Below are positions 1-10,453 of a stretch of 64,000 bases of DNA, piece by piece. The stretch is taken from assembly GCA_963745035.1 (NCBI GenBank), contig CAVUVW010000011.1, positions 192,001 through 256,000 of the forward strand, given 5' to 3'. The translations under genes and the position numbers were made by a program. The stretch's first letter is position 1; every line of letters begins with the position of its first letter. The notes beneath the pieces are model-generated. The model was not told where the DNA came from, did not search any database, and saw only the letters and a list, made by a program, of their open reading frames with translations. Source of the DNA: an uncultured delta proteobacterium (GTDB taxonomy: Bacteria > Desulfobacterota > Binatia > UBA9968).

Positions 1-55
1 CGGTGATGGTCGAAGCGGCTCTCGTGCGTGCTATCAACGTGGGGATTGCTGGCAT
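1..55 (-). CDS. Possible 5' end of a gene running off the left edge (MPAIPTLIARTRAASTIT...)
   Basis: ATG (cat 53-55) with GGAGAA about 5 nt upstream on the minus strand; too short to identify. Confidence 0.3.
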   Translation of the reverse strand, partial: MPAIPTLIARTRAASTIT

Positions 56-165
56 GGAGTTTCTCCGCTGGCAGGAGAAAGAGCGTGAGCGTTTACAACT
101 TTTTATCAGAGGCCTGCTGATCCAAAGTGACTCGGATTGGAACCGCCCTTAAACGACCGTAAACG

Positions 166-2094
166 CTATCGTCCAGCTAGCTTGCCCCGATACTGCATTA
201 GAAGCGCAAGGCCAAAGAGTCCCAGGCCGATCGCATCCTGTGTCAGTCCTGGGTAGGCCAGAATCAAGCCCGCCCCGATCAGCAGACCTCGCTCCAGCGG
301 ATTCGTTTTGGCGAGCAACCAACCGGTAAGCCCTGCAGCCAGGGCGCTAAGTCCCACCAGCGCGGTAAGCGCAGTCCAGAGGATATTGCCCCAAGCACCT
401 TTGAGCAGTAGCCCGATGCCGTCGGGGTGAAGCGTGAACATGAGCGGCACCAGAAATGCCGGCGCCGTATACTTCCACGCCATCATCGTCGTCTTGTACG
501 CGCTGCCGCCGGTGATCGCGGCGGCGGCAAACGGCGCCAGCGCGGTCGGCGGCGAGACTTCCGAGAGCACGGCATAATAAAAAATAAACATGTGCGCGGC
601 ATATTCCGGGATGCCGAGCTTGATCATGGCTGGCGCCGTAATCACAGCCGCGATGATGTAGGACGCGGTCACCGGCACCGCCAGGCCGAGGACCCACAAC
701 GCCAAGGCTGTGTAGAGAACCGTGAGAAAAAGGTTGTTGCCCGCCAAGGTCAGAATGATCAGGGAAAATTTTAGACCGAGGCCGGTGAGAGTTACCACGC
801 CGACGATGATGCCCGCCGTGGCGCAGGTGGAAGCGACGGACAGCACGTCGGTCGAGCCTTTCTCGAACGTGCGCCACAAGCGCGGCGGCGTCAATGCGGT
901 ATCACGCCTGAGGAAACTCAGCGCCACGGCGAGCACGATCGCATAGGCGACGGATAGGATCGCCGTGTAGCCCCACATCATAAAGGCCACGATCGCGACC
1001 AGAGAAACGAAATGATAACCGTACTTGCGCGTCAGACTCCAGGCGGTTTCGCCTTCGATGCTTATCGGTTGGGCGCCGAATTTGCGCGCGTCGAGCTCCA
1101 CCATCATGAAAATCGACCAGTAGTAGAGTAGGGTCGGGATCGCCGCCATGGCGAGCACTTCGAGATAGGAAATCCTCAGAAACTCGGCGATGAGGAAAGC
1201 CGCGGCGCCGAGCACCGGCGGCGAAATAATCGCGCCGATGCCGCCGGCAGAGAGAAGGCCGCCAGCCGATTCCCTATCGTAGCCGGCTTTGGACAAAAGC
1301 GGCCACGATACAGAGGTGAGAGTAACCGTTGTCGCTACACCGGAGCCCGACGGACCGCCAAGTAGAAATGAGGCAAGCGTCACGGTGCGTCCGGCGGCGG
1401 CCGGCTTGCCGCCCGTGGCGGCCAGTGAAAAGTTGACGTAAAACTCACCGGCCTTGGAGAATTCCAGGACTGCCCCATAGATCGTAAATAGGATGATAAA
1501 AGTCGCGGCCACGTCGAGCGGCACGCCGAAAATGCCTTCGAGCGTGATGTACATGTGACCCACCAAACGGTCGAGAGCGTATCCCTGATGTGTCCAGGGC
1601 GGCGGCAAATAGGGACCGAGCCAGGCGTAGGCAAGGAATGCGATGGCGACGGCGGGAAGGATCCAGCCGGTCGTGCGGCGCGTTGTTTCGAGGACCAGTA
1701 TAATGGTCAGACCGCCAAAAACCTGATCCTCTGACGTCGGCAGCGCCGCTCGATAAATGAATTCCTCGAAATCCCACAGCGGATAGGCGACGGCGGCGAT
1801 ACTGGCAACAATTAGAAGCCAGTCGTACCACGGCACGCCGTTTTGCCGGGACCGGCGTCGGGCCGGATAGACCAGGAAAGTGAGAACCAGGGCGAACCCA
1901 AGAAATACCAGCCGCAGCACCTGCGCGGTGACCGTCGCCCAGGCCCAGTAAAGAAACAACAGCGACATGGCGACGGCCAGCAGCGCGGCGAGTTTGGCGA
2001 CCATGCCCCCGAGTTGGCGGCGGGGTCCTTCTTCTTGCTCGATGAACTGCTGGGCGGCCTCGAGGCGAGACTGGTCGACGACCTCTTCAGCCAT
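166..2094 (-). CDS. TRAP transporter fused permease (DctQM, TAXI-associated 4TM/12TM fusion)
   Basis: 642 aa, highly hydrophobic; EGIFGVPL, SGSGVAT, PPVLGAAAF and SPPTALA motifs; next to a TAXI binding protein. Confidence 0.93.
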   Translation of the reverse strand: MAEEVVDQSRLEAAQQFIEQEEGPRRQLGGMVAKLAALLAVAMSLLFLYWAWATVTAQVLRLVFLGFALVLTFLVYPARRRSRQNGVPWYDWLLIVASIAAVAYPLWDFEEFIYRAALPTSEDQVFGGLTIILVLETTRRTTGWILPAVAIAFLAYAWLGPYLPPPWTHQGYALDRLVGHMYITLEGIFGVPLDVAATFIILFTIYGAVLEFSKAGEFYVNFSLAATGGKPAAAGRTVTLASFLLGGPSGSGVATTVTLTSVSWPLLSKAGYDRESAGGLLSAGGIGAIISPPVLGAAAFLIAEFLRISYLEVLAMAAIPTLLYYWSIFMMVELDARKFGAQPISIEGETAWSLTRKYGYHFVSLVAIVAFMMWGYTAILSVAYAIVLAVALSFLRRDTALTPPRLWRTFEKGSTDVLSVASTCATAGIIVGVVTLTGLGLKFSLIILTLAGNNLFLTVLYTALALWVLGLAVPVTASYIIAAVITAPAMIKLGIPEYAAHMFIFYYAVLSEVSPPTALAPFAAAAITGGSAYKTTMMAWKYTAPAFLVPLMFTLHPDGIGLLLKGAWGNILWTALTALVGLSALAAGLTGWLLAKTNPLERGLLIGAGLILAYPGLTQDAIGLGLFGLALLMQYRGKLAGR

Positions 2095-2596
2095 TTTGGG
2101 GATCTTTACAGTGAGTGATCGTCAAGTGCAGCGTACTGTCTGGCGGCATGACGAGTTCGAGGGAGTTTTGCTCCTGGTCGAAAAACAGGGACAGTGATGC
2201 AGCGGCGCTCGTACGCAAGCTGAGCGACGAAGTCGCCGCAGGCCGAGGTCGCACAACCCACATATTGTTTTTGTGGTTGGCATCTTCATAGCCATAGAAT
2301 TCCGCCAACCGACGCTCTGCATAACGTAGCTCGGTGAGATGAAAGGCATCAGGTGCCAAATGAAAAAGCTCCTCCACCCGACTGCCGTAGATCGAATGCT
2401 GAAAGCTCAAACGCACTTCACTGCCGGAGCTGACCCGTATCGTGCGCCAGGGTAATCCATTCTTCTGGACCTGTATGCAGAGCGATGCCGCGCTCGCGCC
2501 AGCGGGAGGTATGGCTGCAAGCGCGGCAAGCAACAAAAAGAGCTGCGCGGGCAACCAGCGCTTTTCGCAGACGAGATTGACTTTGATGCCAATCAT
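2087..2596 (-). CDS. DUF1850-like TAXI-TRAP accessory protein
   Basis: Signal-like N-terminus, LSFQHSIYGSRVEE motif, located between the TAXI binding protein and the permease. Confidence 0.7.
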   Translation of the reverse strand: MIGIKVNLVCEKRWLPAQLFLLLAALAAIPPAGASAASLCIQVQKNGLPWRTIRVSSGSEVRLSFQHSIYGSRVEELFHLAPDAFHLTELRYAERRLAEFYGYEDANHKNNMWVVRPRPAATSSLSLRTSAAASLSLFFDQEQNSLELVMPPDSTLHLTITHCKDPQNG

Positions 2597-3585
2597 TTCG
2601 GTGCCGGCACCTTCACTCCTTTTTCCTTGAAGTAACGAAGCGCGCCCGGATGGAAAGGCAGAGGCGATCCGATTACGGCGTTTTTCAGGCTGATTTCGCT
2701 CGCGGCTTTGTGCACGGCGACCAGATCGGCGGTGTGCTCAAGAGTGAGCTTGGTAATTTGATAAGCGAGGTTTTCATCCATCTTTTCGTTGGCGATCAAC
2801 AAATTAGTCGCTCCCGCGACAGGCACAACTTCATCGACACCTTTGTACGTACCTTTGGGCACGTTGGCGACAAAATAGAGCGGTCCGTACTTCCCGACCA
2901 TCTTCGGAACCGCGTCGCCGTGGGGAATCATCGACATCTTGATCCCCGGCGTTGCGGCAAGATCGAGCACCGCGCCGGTCGGTAAGCCGCCGTCCCAAAA
3001 AAATGCGTCGATCTTGCGATCCTTGAGCGCGCCGGCAGATTCGCTCGCGCCAAGGCGTTCCTGGCTCGTAAAATCCTTCGGCCCCAGACCGTAAGCTTCC
3101 AAGACCCGCAGCGCCTTGATCTCAGTTCCTGAGCCGGGCGCTCCGGTGGAAACCCGTTTGCCTTTGAGATCGGCGACGGATTTGATGCCCGCGCCGTCGA
3201 TGGCGACGATGTGCATGAAGTTGGAATAAAGCGACAGCAAGGTGCGTATATTGGCTTTTTCCTTAAAGCCCTTGAGTTGTCCATTGAAACCTTCCAAAGC
3301 GGTGTCAGGCAGGCAGAACGCCAGGCCCACCCGGTTGCCGTGCAAGAGCTTTACATTGTCCACGGACGCGGTGGTTACCTCGGCCGTCGCTTCGGTATTG
3401 GGAATGTGCTTCGAGATCAGCGCCGCAAGACCGCCGCCGAGCGGGTAATACACCCCGCCGGTGCCGCCGGTGGCGATCGAAATCCGGGTTTTGACCTGCG
3501 CGGTTGCCCACTCCTGAGTTGCCAGAAGCGCGATGATGATTGTGCCGGCGATCAGCAGTGCGGGATTTTTTACGGCGAATTGCAT
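2593..3585 (-). CDS. TAXI family TRAP solute-binding protein
   Basis: ATGGTGGVYYPLGG, DLKGKRVSTGAPGSGTE and PFHPGALRYF motifs; start MQFAVK at 3585 follows AAGGAG. Confidence 0.93.
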   Translation of the reverse strand: MQFAVKNPALLIAGTIIIALLATQEWATAQVKTRISIATGGTGGVYYPLGGGLAALISKHIPNTEATAEVTTASVDNVKLLHGNRVGLAFCLPDTALEGFNGQLKGFKEKANIRTLLSLYSNFMHIVAIDGAGIKSVADLKGKRVSTGAPGSGTEIKALRVLEAYGLGPKDFTSQERLGASESAGALKDRKIDAFFWDGGLPTGAVLDLAATPGIKMSMIPHGDAVPKMVGKYGPLYFVANVPKGTYKGVDEVVPVAGATNLLIANEKMDENLAYQITKLTLEHTADLVAVHKAASEISLKNAVIGSPLPFHPGALRYFKEKGVKVPAPK

Positions 3586-3696
3586 GGATACTCCTTGTGC
3601 ACTTACTTTTTTGCTGCCCACTAATGAAGACGTTCGGATCGATGATTTATTCGGTCCGGGAAGCTCAGGCAACTTCTGGACCGCAAATTCGTGGTC

Positions 3697-4674
3697 TCAC
3701 GATATGACCCTGCGCATGGGAATCGTGTAGTAGGGTACGAAACCCTGCCCGCCGTCGACTTCCAAGTTTTCTTCGAAGCCTTCAGGTGTTGGTGTGAGGA
3801 TTTTGCGAGCGCGTTTCCACTGATTGGCATGTCCGGGCGCGAGATCGGCAAATTCGAGAGCTTGCGCGGAACGGGCGATAGCGTATTCGCGCACGATGCC
3901 GCCGTCGGTGAAGGCGTGTGCGGTTATATTTCCCGAAGACGGCTCCGAGCCGACGATGACCAAAGCTTTGTGAACATCTTTGCGGCCGTCGGCAAGCGGG
4001 TAAGACGCGTCCATCCGCAATGCGATGAAACGACCGCCCGCCTCGAAGGAGCCGATCACTTCCTTGTGAAACGCGTACTCGGTCATCGCGTAACGGCCCT
4101 CGCCGCGGAAATGACCGAGCAGGAATCGCAACGGCTTCAAATGAGCGCTGGGTTTGCCGTGATCGTGCACCGGATCGTGGAGATAGTCCTCGGCGTCCCC
4201 GGGATCGATCAACAGAGAACCGGCACGGACCGCCGCTTTGACAAAGCCGAGCACCGCGCGCCAATCGTCCTCAGTGGTCACGTGCGCGAACATCTCGCTG
4301 CGCGCGCCGATGCGAAGAGAAACGATCGGGGCTTGCTTGCATGGTCCCTGGCAGCCGGTTTTAGAGATTGGTAAGCCGACTTCGCGGCTCAGACGATCAA
4401 TCGCCGCGTCCGAAGTGTCGAAACCAATTTTGCTGCAACACGGTTGCGCGGCACAAACATACAAACGGTTTTGGCCGTCGAAATATTTTTCTTTGGCGGC
4501 GCCGAGCGCATCGTCCAACTCATGTGCCGACGGCGACAAACGGCGAAGATTCAGGAAATGGCGAAACTGAGCGAGAGCCGGCTCCGTCCAAGAACCTTCT
4601 ACTTTGACGAGGAAGCCGGAGGCGTGAAAGTTTATTTCCGTCTGTCTTTCAGCGGATGTGCGCGCGCGAGTCAT
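3697..4674 (-). CDS. Thioredoxin-like [2Fe-2S] ferredoxin fused to a nitrobindin/DUF1579-like beta-barrel
   Basis: YVCAAQPCC...TGCQGPCKQAP cysteine pattern; C-terminal LKPLRFLLGHFRGEGR barrel start; GGAGGA SD. Confidence 0.6.
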   Translation of the reverse strand: MTRARTSAERQTEINFHASGFLVKVEGSWTEPALAQFRHFLNLRRLSPSAHELDDALGAAKEKYFDGQNRLYVCAAQPCCSKIGFDTSDAAIDRLSREVGLPISKTGCQGPCKQAPIVSLRIGARSEMFAHVTTEDDWRAVLGFVKAAVRAGSLLIDPGDAEDYLHDPVHDHGKPSAHLKPLRFLLGHFRGEGRYAMTEYAFHKEVIGSFEAGGRFIALRMDASYPLADGRKDVHKALVIVGSEPSSGNITAHAFTDGGIVREYAIARSAQALEFADLAPGHANQWKRARKILTPTPEGFEENLEVDGGQGFVPYYTIPMRRVIS

Positions 4675-4747
4675 CGGAATCCTCCTCCATGGCGCGCAAC
4701 TTACTGCGGGCGGATTCCTGCGTCAAGGAATCGACGTTGTGTGAAAT

Positions 4748-4775
4748 GTAGGGGCGACCGGCCGGTCGCCCCTAC
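4748..4775. repeat. GTAG-type REP-like perfect 28 bp palindrome
   Basis: gtaggggcgaccgg|ccggtcgcccctac. Confidence 0.85.
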
Positions 4776-4786
4776 GTAGCGACGAA

Positions 4787-6153
4787 TTACCGCGGCCAGA
4801 GTTTCTGCCACCACTTTTCGCCGCCGTCGTTAGTCGCGGTCCGAAGATTCATTTGCGCGCGGATGCCGGCGAGGTCCCAGCCGGTGAGCTCGGCCAATTG
4901 GCGCGCTTCGTTCTCCCGGCGCCGCAAGACTTCGCGGCGGTAGTCGTCGGTCGCGGGACAGGATGCCTCTTCGCCCTGCCATGGATGACGCAGCACGTAG
5001 CGCGCCTGAAAGTTATTGCGGTCCGCGGTTTCCTGGAGCACGAGGTCTTCGGGAAAGCGCTGCGCGTCGTAGCGCACGTGCATGCGCGTCACGAAAACAT
5101 TGCGGGCGTCGCCGACCGGCGGTGCAGGACGGCGGCCCTGACCGGGAACGAACACGGGTCCGTCGTTCTTGAGCCAAAAAACACCCAGACTGCGCAATTC
5201 CTCCACGGATAACGGGTCGGCGGCGCACGGATCGCACCAGTTCATGTCCCACGCGTACTCGGTAAAGACGGCGCGCATGTCGGCTTTTTTGACCTGCTGA
5301 TCGAACATATCACGGTAGAAGTCTTTGAAGCGTGTCTTGATGTAGACGGGTAGATCCATATCCAGTGGGCAATTTGATCGATCGATAATTGGTCGGCTCA
5401 ACGCGGCCCTTTTGCGTCAACGTGTAGATGAAAAGCTCCTGATAGCCATCGGCGTTTAATGTCCCGAGGCGCAGCGGCAGCATGAACTTCGGCGATTCGA
5501 AGGCCACCTGGATCGGACGCAGATAGCTGAAGCCGAGCTTGGACTGCTCCTGGAGATTCACCTTGGCGACGAAGAAGTGCATTTTTTGCTTGATGTAGCT
5601 GCCGAGAACTTCCGACGCGCCGCGCGGCAGGCGATAGCCGTTCTCCTTGAGCCAGGTTTCGAGTCCCTGTCCCTGCTTCGCCGAGAGAATGACGATGTCG
5701 TACTCGCCCACCGTGTATTGCGCTTGAACCGTGACGCCGAGGGCTTCGGCACGGCGGCCCGCTGACGGCGGAAGACGGCATCGCTGCATCGCGGCTCATG
5801 CGCCGCTCCAGGAGCGCGAGCTGGCACGGGCTGCCGTCGAAGTATTCGACCAAGCGCGGCGAGGTGTAGGCGTCGAGATGATCGATGACTTTCTTGTCGC
5901 CGACGTTGATCTGGCCCTTTTCGATGAGCGTCGGCACCGGGATGACGACGGCGAATTCCTTCGGATCGCCTTTGAAGTCGTTCACCATGGTGATGACAGT
6001 CTTGTCGTCGTGGCGGGCGAGCACGACTTGCGACGCCTTGTTGAAAATCTTCGTATCGGCCTTGGCGACGTAAAAGCCGCAGAAGCTGTGCGCTGAATCC
6101 GGTTTAGCCAACAGGCCGAGGGACAGGGCGAAGAACCAGGCGACTCTCTTCAT
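4787..6153 (-). CDS. DUF2330 family secreted protein (split over three frames)
   Basis: Signal peptide then FCGFYVAKAD; SPRLVEYFD, GEYDIVILSA, FMLPLRLG, TRMHVRY and FQARYVLRHPW across ORFs 5398-6153, 5310-5789 and 4787-5401. Confidence 0.85.
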
Positions 6154-7001
6154 CGGGAATGTCTCCTTTGTTTCCAGTGTTGGGATTGCTCCATTTGTAT
6201 TTCGTTCCGGGCAGCCAGTAATCGATGAATGGAGTCAGCAGCGAGCAGAGCGCCAGCGACCAAAGCAGGCCGTTGGTGCGGTAGAGGACAAACTGCACGT
6301 AGGCGGCGCCGGCGGCGACGAGTACGGCAAACAAGATTCTGCCGGCGCGCGCATCGGGCGTCGTCTTGGGATCGGAAATCATGAAGAAAGTGAAGAGTAA
6401 GAGCGCGCCGCTCTGCAATTGCTTCAGCGGAATCGCCAGCGGATCACCGAGCCAGTAGGCTCGGCCGAAGAGGATCGCGGCGTAGGAAAGAATGAATGCG
6501 CAGCTCACATCGCTGCGCAGCGCGCGATGCACGACCATGCCGCCCAGGCACGCCATCAGAAAGCCAAATTGAAGCTTGCTGCCCCACTGCGCCGGCGAAA
6601 CCCACACGTCGCCGCTGAGCGCAATCATCGCGACGATGCCGAAGTTGGTGGGATTGAAGATGTGTTTGTGATTCCACTTGATCACAAACTTGCTGGCGAT
6701 CGTCACCACGGCTGTCGCGATCAGCAGCGGCACGCTGTTGCTGCGCAGCAAAAGACAAAGAGATATTCCCGAGATCAGCGCGCTGCGCGGATCGAAGGGC
6801 GTCGCGGCGATGAATCTATTGCAAAGGAATTGTGTGGTCAGGACCGAGCCGAGCAGGATCGCGATCTCGGCCATGTCGGTGTCGAAGCTCAGCCAGCCGA
6901 CGCCGTAGACTAAGAGAGAAGCCAGAACTGCGATCTGGTAGTAGCGCGGGTCGCGCGGCACAAAACGTGACGGGAGGAGCGAAGAAAGTTCTTGTGGGCA
7001 T
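6104..7001 (-). CDS. Stand-alone RnfD/NqrB-like membrane protein
   Basis: DPRYYQI, KHIFNPTNFG and FFMISDPKTTP motifs; probable start at 7001 with GGAGGT SD, then an early frameshift. Confidence 0.8.
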
Positions 7002-7172
7002 CGGCGACCTCCGCCTGAACGATGATTCTTTACTGGCTGGATTAGACGGAGCAGCTTGAAAAAAGGTTCGTTGAGGCATCTTGGACGAGTGCATGCACGC
7101 TTGTCAGAAGTTTCTAGATCCTTGCCAACCTCCTGAGGAAGGCGGCGCTGTGATTCCACTGCAGGTTAAGAG

Positions 7173-7200
7173 AGATCTCTCACGTCCGTTCGAGATGACA
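7173..7200. repeat. TGTC/GACA-family REP-like half element
   Basis: agatctctcacgtccgttcgagatgaca resembles 24390-24416. Confidence 0.5.
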
Positions 7201-7280
7201 GGCTGTGCTTGTTGTCACTGGGCACGTTCCGACGAGAAAACTAAGTGTGAGTGCCGCCACAGGAAGCGAAATCGCTCGTC

Positions 7281-7310
7281 TTGACGAGACGGCAAGATCT
7301 TAAGTAGAGT
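7281..7310 (+). promoter_or_regulatory. Possible sigma70 promoter
   Basis: TTGACG-N18-TAGAGT upstream of the gene at 7374. Confidence 0.3.
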
Positions 7311-7373
7311 GATCCAAACTGTAAACTTCATTAACTACTAACGGGGCATCGATAGCAGGAAAGGAGGACGGCC

Positions 7374-8486
7374 ATGTTTGTATGTTTGTCACCCGGAGGT
7401 CAGTCGCTCACTCAAGGTGAGACGGCAAAGGATAAGTTGCTCGTCGGTACCGTCGACGGTATCTTCGCGTTTCAAAAACAAGGCGGCTCGTGGCAGGGGG
7501 ACGGAACCATGGTTCCGGGCAAGCACTTCAGCTCGATCATCTTCGAGCCCACGACGAAGACGCTTTTCGGCGGGACTTACAGTTGTGAGATCTACGCCAG
7601 CTCGGATCTGGGAAAAACTTGGGAGCGGCGCGATAACGGCATCGGCGACAAGGAGATTTATTCTCTAGCGACGCAGATGGTCGATGGCAAGCCGCGCGTG
7701 TATGCGGGCACCCAGCCGGCGCATCTGTATTACAGCGACGATCTCGGGAAAAGCTGGACCGAGCTGCCGGGTGTGCGCCAAGTGCCGGGCGTGGAAAAGT
7801 GGACTTTCCCGGGCCCGCCGCATCTCGCGCACGTGAAGAGCATCACGTTTCATCCGAAGGATCCGAACATCATCCACGTGGCAGTGGAAGTCGGCGGCTT
7901 TCTCAAAAGCACCGACGGCGGCAAGACCTGGACGACCATCGATAATATCAATCCCGACGCGCACCGGGTGCTGATTCCGACCAACGATCCGAGCAAGCTC
8001 TACGGCACCGCGCCGACGACCAACTGCGGTCCGGAAACGGCGGCAGGCTTTTGCGTCAGCAGCGACGGCGGCGCGAGCTGGAAGAGCATGACGCCGAGAG
8101 ATTTTCGCATCGGCTACGTCGATCCGTTCTTCGTCCATCCCGGCGATCCGAACTTGCTGTTTGTCGCCGGCGCCAAGACCGGACCCGGCACCTGGAGAAA
8201 ACTGCACACTGCCGACGCGCGCATCGCGCGCAGCCGCGACGGCGGCAAGACCTGGGACATCTTAACGGGCGGGTTGCCGGATCACATCCGCGCCAACATC
8301 GAAGGCATGGCGATGGACGTGTGGAACGGCGGCTACGCGATCTTCGCCGGAACGACCGACGGCGATGTTTTCTACAGCGAGGATGAAGGCAATCACTGGC
8401 AGACGATCATCAAGGGCATCGGCCCGGTGTCCAAGTCGCACCACCACGTTAATCTGTCCTTGGACGAACAAGCCGCGCATCACTGA
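7374..8486 (+). CDS. BNR/Asp-box repeat beta-propeller protein
   Basis: Repeated SxDxGxTW Asp-boxes; AAGGAGG SD. Confidence 0.85.
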   Translation: MFVCLSPGGQSLTQGETAKDKLLVGTVDGIFAFQKQGGSWQGDGTMVPGKHFSSIIFEPTTKTLFGGTYSCEIYASSDLGKTWERRDNGIGDKEIYSLATQMVDGKPRVYAGTQPAHLYYSDDLGKSWTELPGVRQVPGVEKWTFPGPPHLAHVKSITFHPKDPNIIHVAVEVGGFLKSTDGGKTWTTIDNINPDAHRVLIPTNDPSKLYGTAPTTNCGPETAAGFCVSSDGGASWKSMTPRDFRIGYVDPFFVHPGDPNLLFVAGAKTGPGTWRKLHTADARIARSRDGGKTWDILTGGLPDHIRANIEGMAMDVWNGGYAIFAGTTDGDVFYSEDEGNHWQTIIKGIGPVSKSHHHVNLSLDEQAAHH

Positions 8487-8516
8487 CAATTCGGCAATTC
8501 GGTTATCGGAGTAACA

Positions 8517-8550
8517 AAAGGGGCATGGTACACCATGCCCCTTTGTGTTT
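8517..8550 (+). terminator. Intrinsic terminator
   Basis: aaaggggcatgg-taca-ccatgccccttt followed by gtgtttt. Confidence 0.7.
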
Positions 8551-8594
8551 TACTAGGCCTGTCCGATGTCACGATCGCGAAGGGAAGCAATCCA

Positions 8595-8933
8595 ATGAAA
8601 ACTTTCTTGTCGGCGCTCGTATTGTTCGTTTTAATTGGAGCCAGCTATCGCACAGCAGAGGCGCAGCCATATGGGCCTTACTACAATGGCCCGTATGGGG
8701 ACCTCCAGTACCAACATTATCTACAGTGGCAACAGTACTTGGCGTATTTGCAACAAGTTGATCCGTATTATGAACTGCATGTGATGCACTACCAGCTCTA
8801 TCGCCAGCCATTCCAGCCATATCTCCTCTATCCGCCATGCTGCTACGCACGGAGTATCGTTCCACAGCATCGAGGATTTCACGTGCGGCGCCCGCCCGTT
8901 ACTCCGATCCCACGATCGACCAAAAGGCGGTGA
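8595..8933 (+). CDS. Small secreted Tyr/Gln/Pro-rich protein
   Basis: MKTFLSALVLFVLIGA...AEA signal peptide; low-complexity mature region. Confidence 0.6.
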   Translation: MKTFLSALVLFVLIGASYRTAEAQPYGPYYNGPYGDLQYQHYLQWQQYLAYLQQVDPYYELHVMHYQLYRQPFQPYLLYPPCCYARSIVPQHRGFHVRRPPVTPIPRSTKRR

Positions 8934-9046
8934 TGTTTTTTACAGCGACAGGACGCTGTGCGCCACGTTACGGAAGATCAACTAGGAGAAAAGCGAGAGG
9001 AGCATGAACGTAGCAATAGAAGCCAGGAATGAAGTTCACCGTTCGG

Positions 9047-10174
9047 CTAATCACCGGTAAGATAGGCGTCTCGGTAGTCCTCTTGGCGCGCCAAGGACTG
9101 GCGCGCTGATTCAGCTTCTTCGCGCGCGTCGAAGGGTCCGACGCGTACGCGATAATAAGTTTGTCCTTTCACCTCGGCCTGGGCCACGTAGCCGTTATAG
9201 CCCTGGGCGATTAACCGCTGCGCCAATTTGTCCGCAACATCTTTCGCCGGCGCGGCGGAAATCTGCACCGACCATTTTTTGCCAAAACTGCCGCTTGCCT
9301 GACCGCCCGCCGGGGTCGTCTTCGCCCGAAGCATTCGAACGTCCATCTCATCAACGCTTGTAGCCTTAGTCGCGGCCAATCTCACAGTATCGTTCAGGCC
9401 CGAGGCATTGGCAGGAATATTCGGGGCCGCAAGTATTGGATCGACGTTTTGTTTTCCGGGCGTGCGAGCCGCGTCGCGCGAAGGGGCATTTTGCGGTTTT
9501 GAACCGGCTTTTATCTGACGCGAAACCGGAGACTGCACGATCGAAGTTCGTTGCGACGGTTGTTCGGCCATCGGATTAGCCGGATTTGACTCATTGCCGG
9601 CAGGTCTAAAATAAAAAAGCATCGTTGCGGCTGCAACTAACGCCACCGCCAATGCAGAGCGCCGCGTGCGGTCAAAGTGAAATCGGCGAACTTTGGGGCG
9701 CTTTTCGCCAAGAAAGCGAAATTCGTGAGGATCGAAGTCGCTTTCTGATTCCCGAACAACCTGAACTTCCTCCAACGTGATCGGATCGGCTGCCGGGGCC
9801 CTTTTCCGTAGATCGGCTAGGGTTTGCAGCACCGGGCGGAATCTTGCGATCAGTTCGGACGCCTTGGCCTTGCGTAGTTCCACTGCGCAGGGCTCAAAGG
9901 TAAAACCGGTCGGCCGCAAGTGCTGCGCGTGAAAGTCGGATCCGCTTTCGAGGCGTAACAAGACTTCCTGGATATTTGCCGACTCGCCGATAAAAAGCTG
10001 GCAATTAAAGTTGAAAAGCCCGTATACGCCGGAAGTTGCCGGCGCGCAGGCGAGGATCGCCTCTCTGGTGAAACTATCGCATCGACCGTCCGGCTGCCAA
10101 GACAGAGTCCAGCTTTCCAGCTCTTTGTCGGTAGCAGGGAGCGAATCAAAATCGGGGACCTGAATGGTTTTCAT
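9047..10174 (-). CDS. SPOR-domain membrane protein with an N-terminal GIY-YIG-like domain
   Basis: C-terminal WSVQISA...YYRVRVGPF SPOR domain; one TM helix; N-terminal APATSGVYGL...LFIGES. Confidence 0.8.
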   Translation of the reverse strand: MKTIQVPDFDSLPATDKELESWTLSWQPDGRCDSFTREAILACAPATSGVYGLFNFNCQLFIGESANIQEVLLRLESGSDFHAQHLRPTGFTFEPCAVELRKAKASELIARFRPVLQTLADLRKRAPAADPITLEEVQVVRESESDFDPHEFRFLGEKRPKVRRFHFDRTRRSALAVALVAAATMLFYFRPAGNESNPANPMAEQPSQRTSIVQSPVSRQIKAGSKPQNAPSRDAARTPGKQNVDPILAAPNIPANASGLNDTVRLAATKATSVDEMDVRMLRAKTTPAGGQASGSFGKKWSVQISAAPAKDVADKLAQRLIAQGYNGYVAQAEVKGQTYYRVRVGPFDAREEAESARQSLARQEDYRDAYLTGD

Positions 10175-10453
10175 AATGGTTATTGAACAGTATGTTAGTG
10201 CACAGATAAAATAACGATTCGAGTTAGTTTAAGCTATTTCGAAAAGCGTGTCACGAAATAGTCGGTCTGCCCATCACTCGGGCGCCTGCCCAACCAGTGT
10301 CCCCGTCAAAGCCCTTTCCCAATCCTTCCTTGACGCCCGCCGATTACCTGGCGTAAAAGACAGCAGACCGCTGGTAAGTGGTTATTGCGCCAATACCGCT
10401 CCGTTCCCTCCTCGCGCAGCCGGCGGCAATTCTTTCCACTTTTTTTCGCCCCT

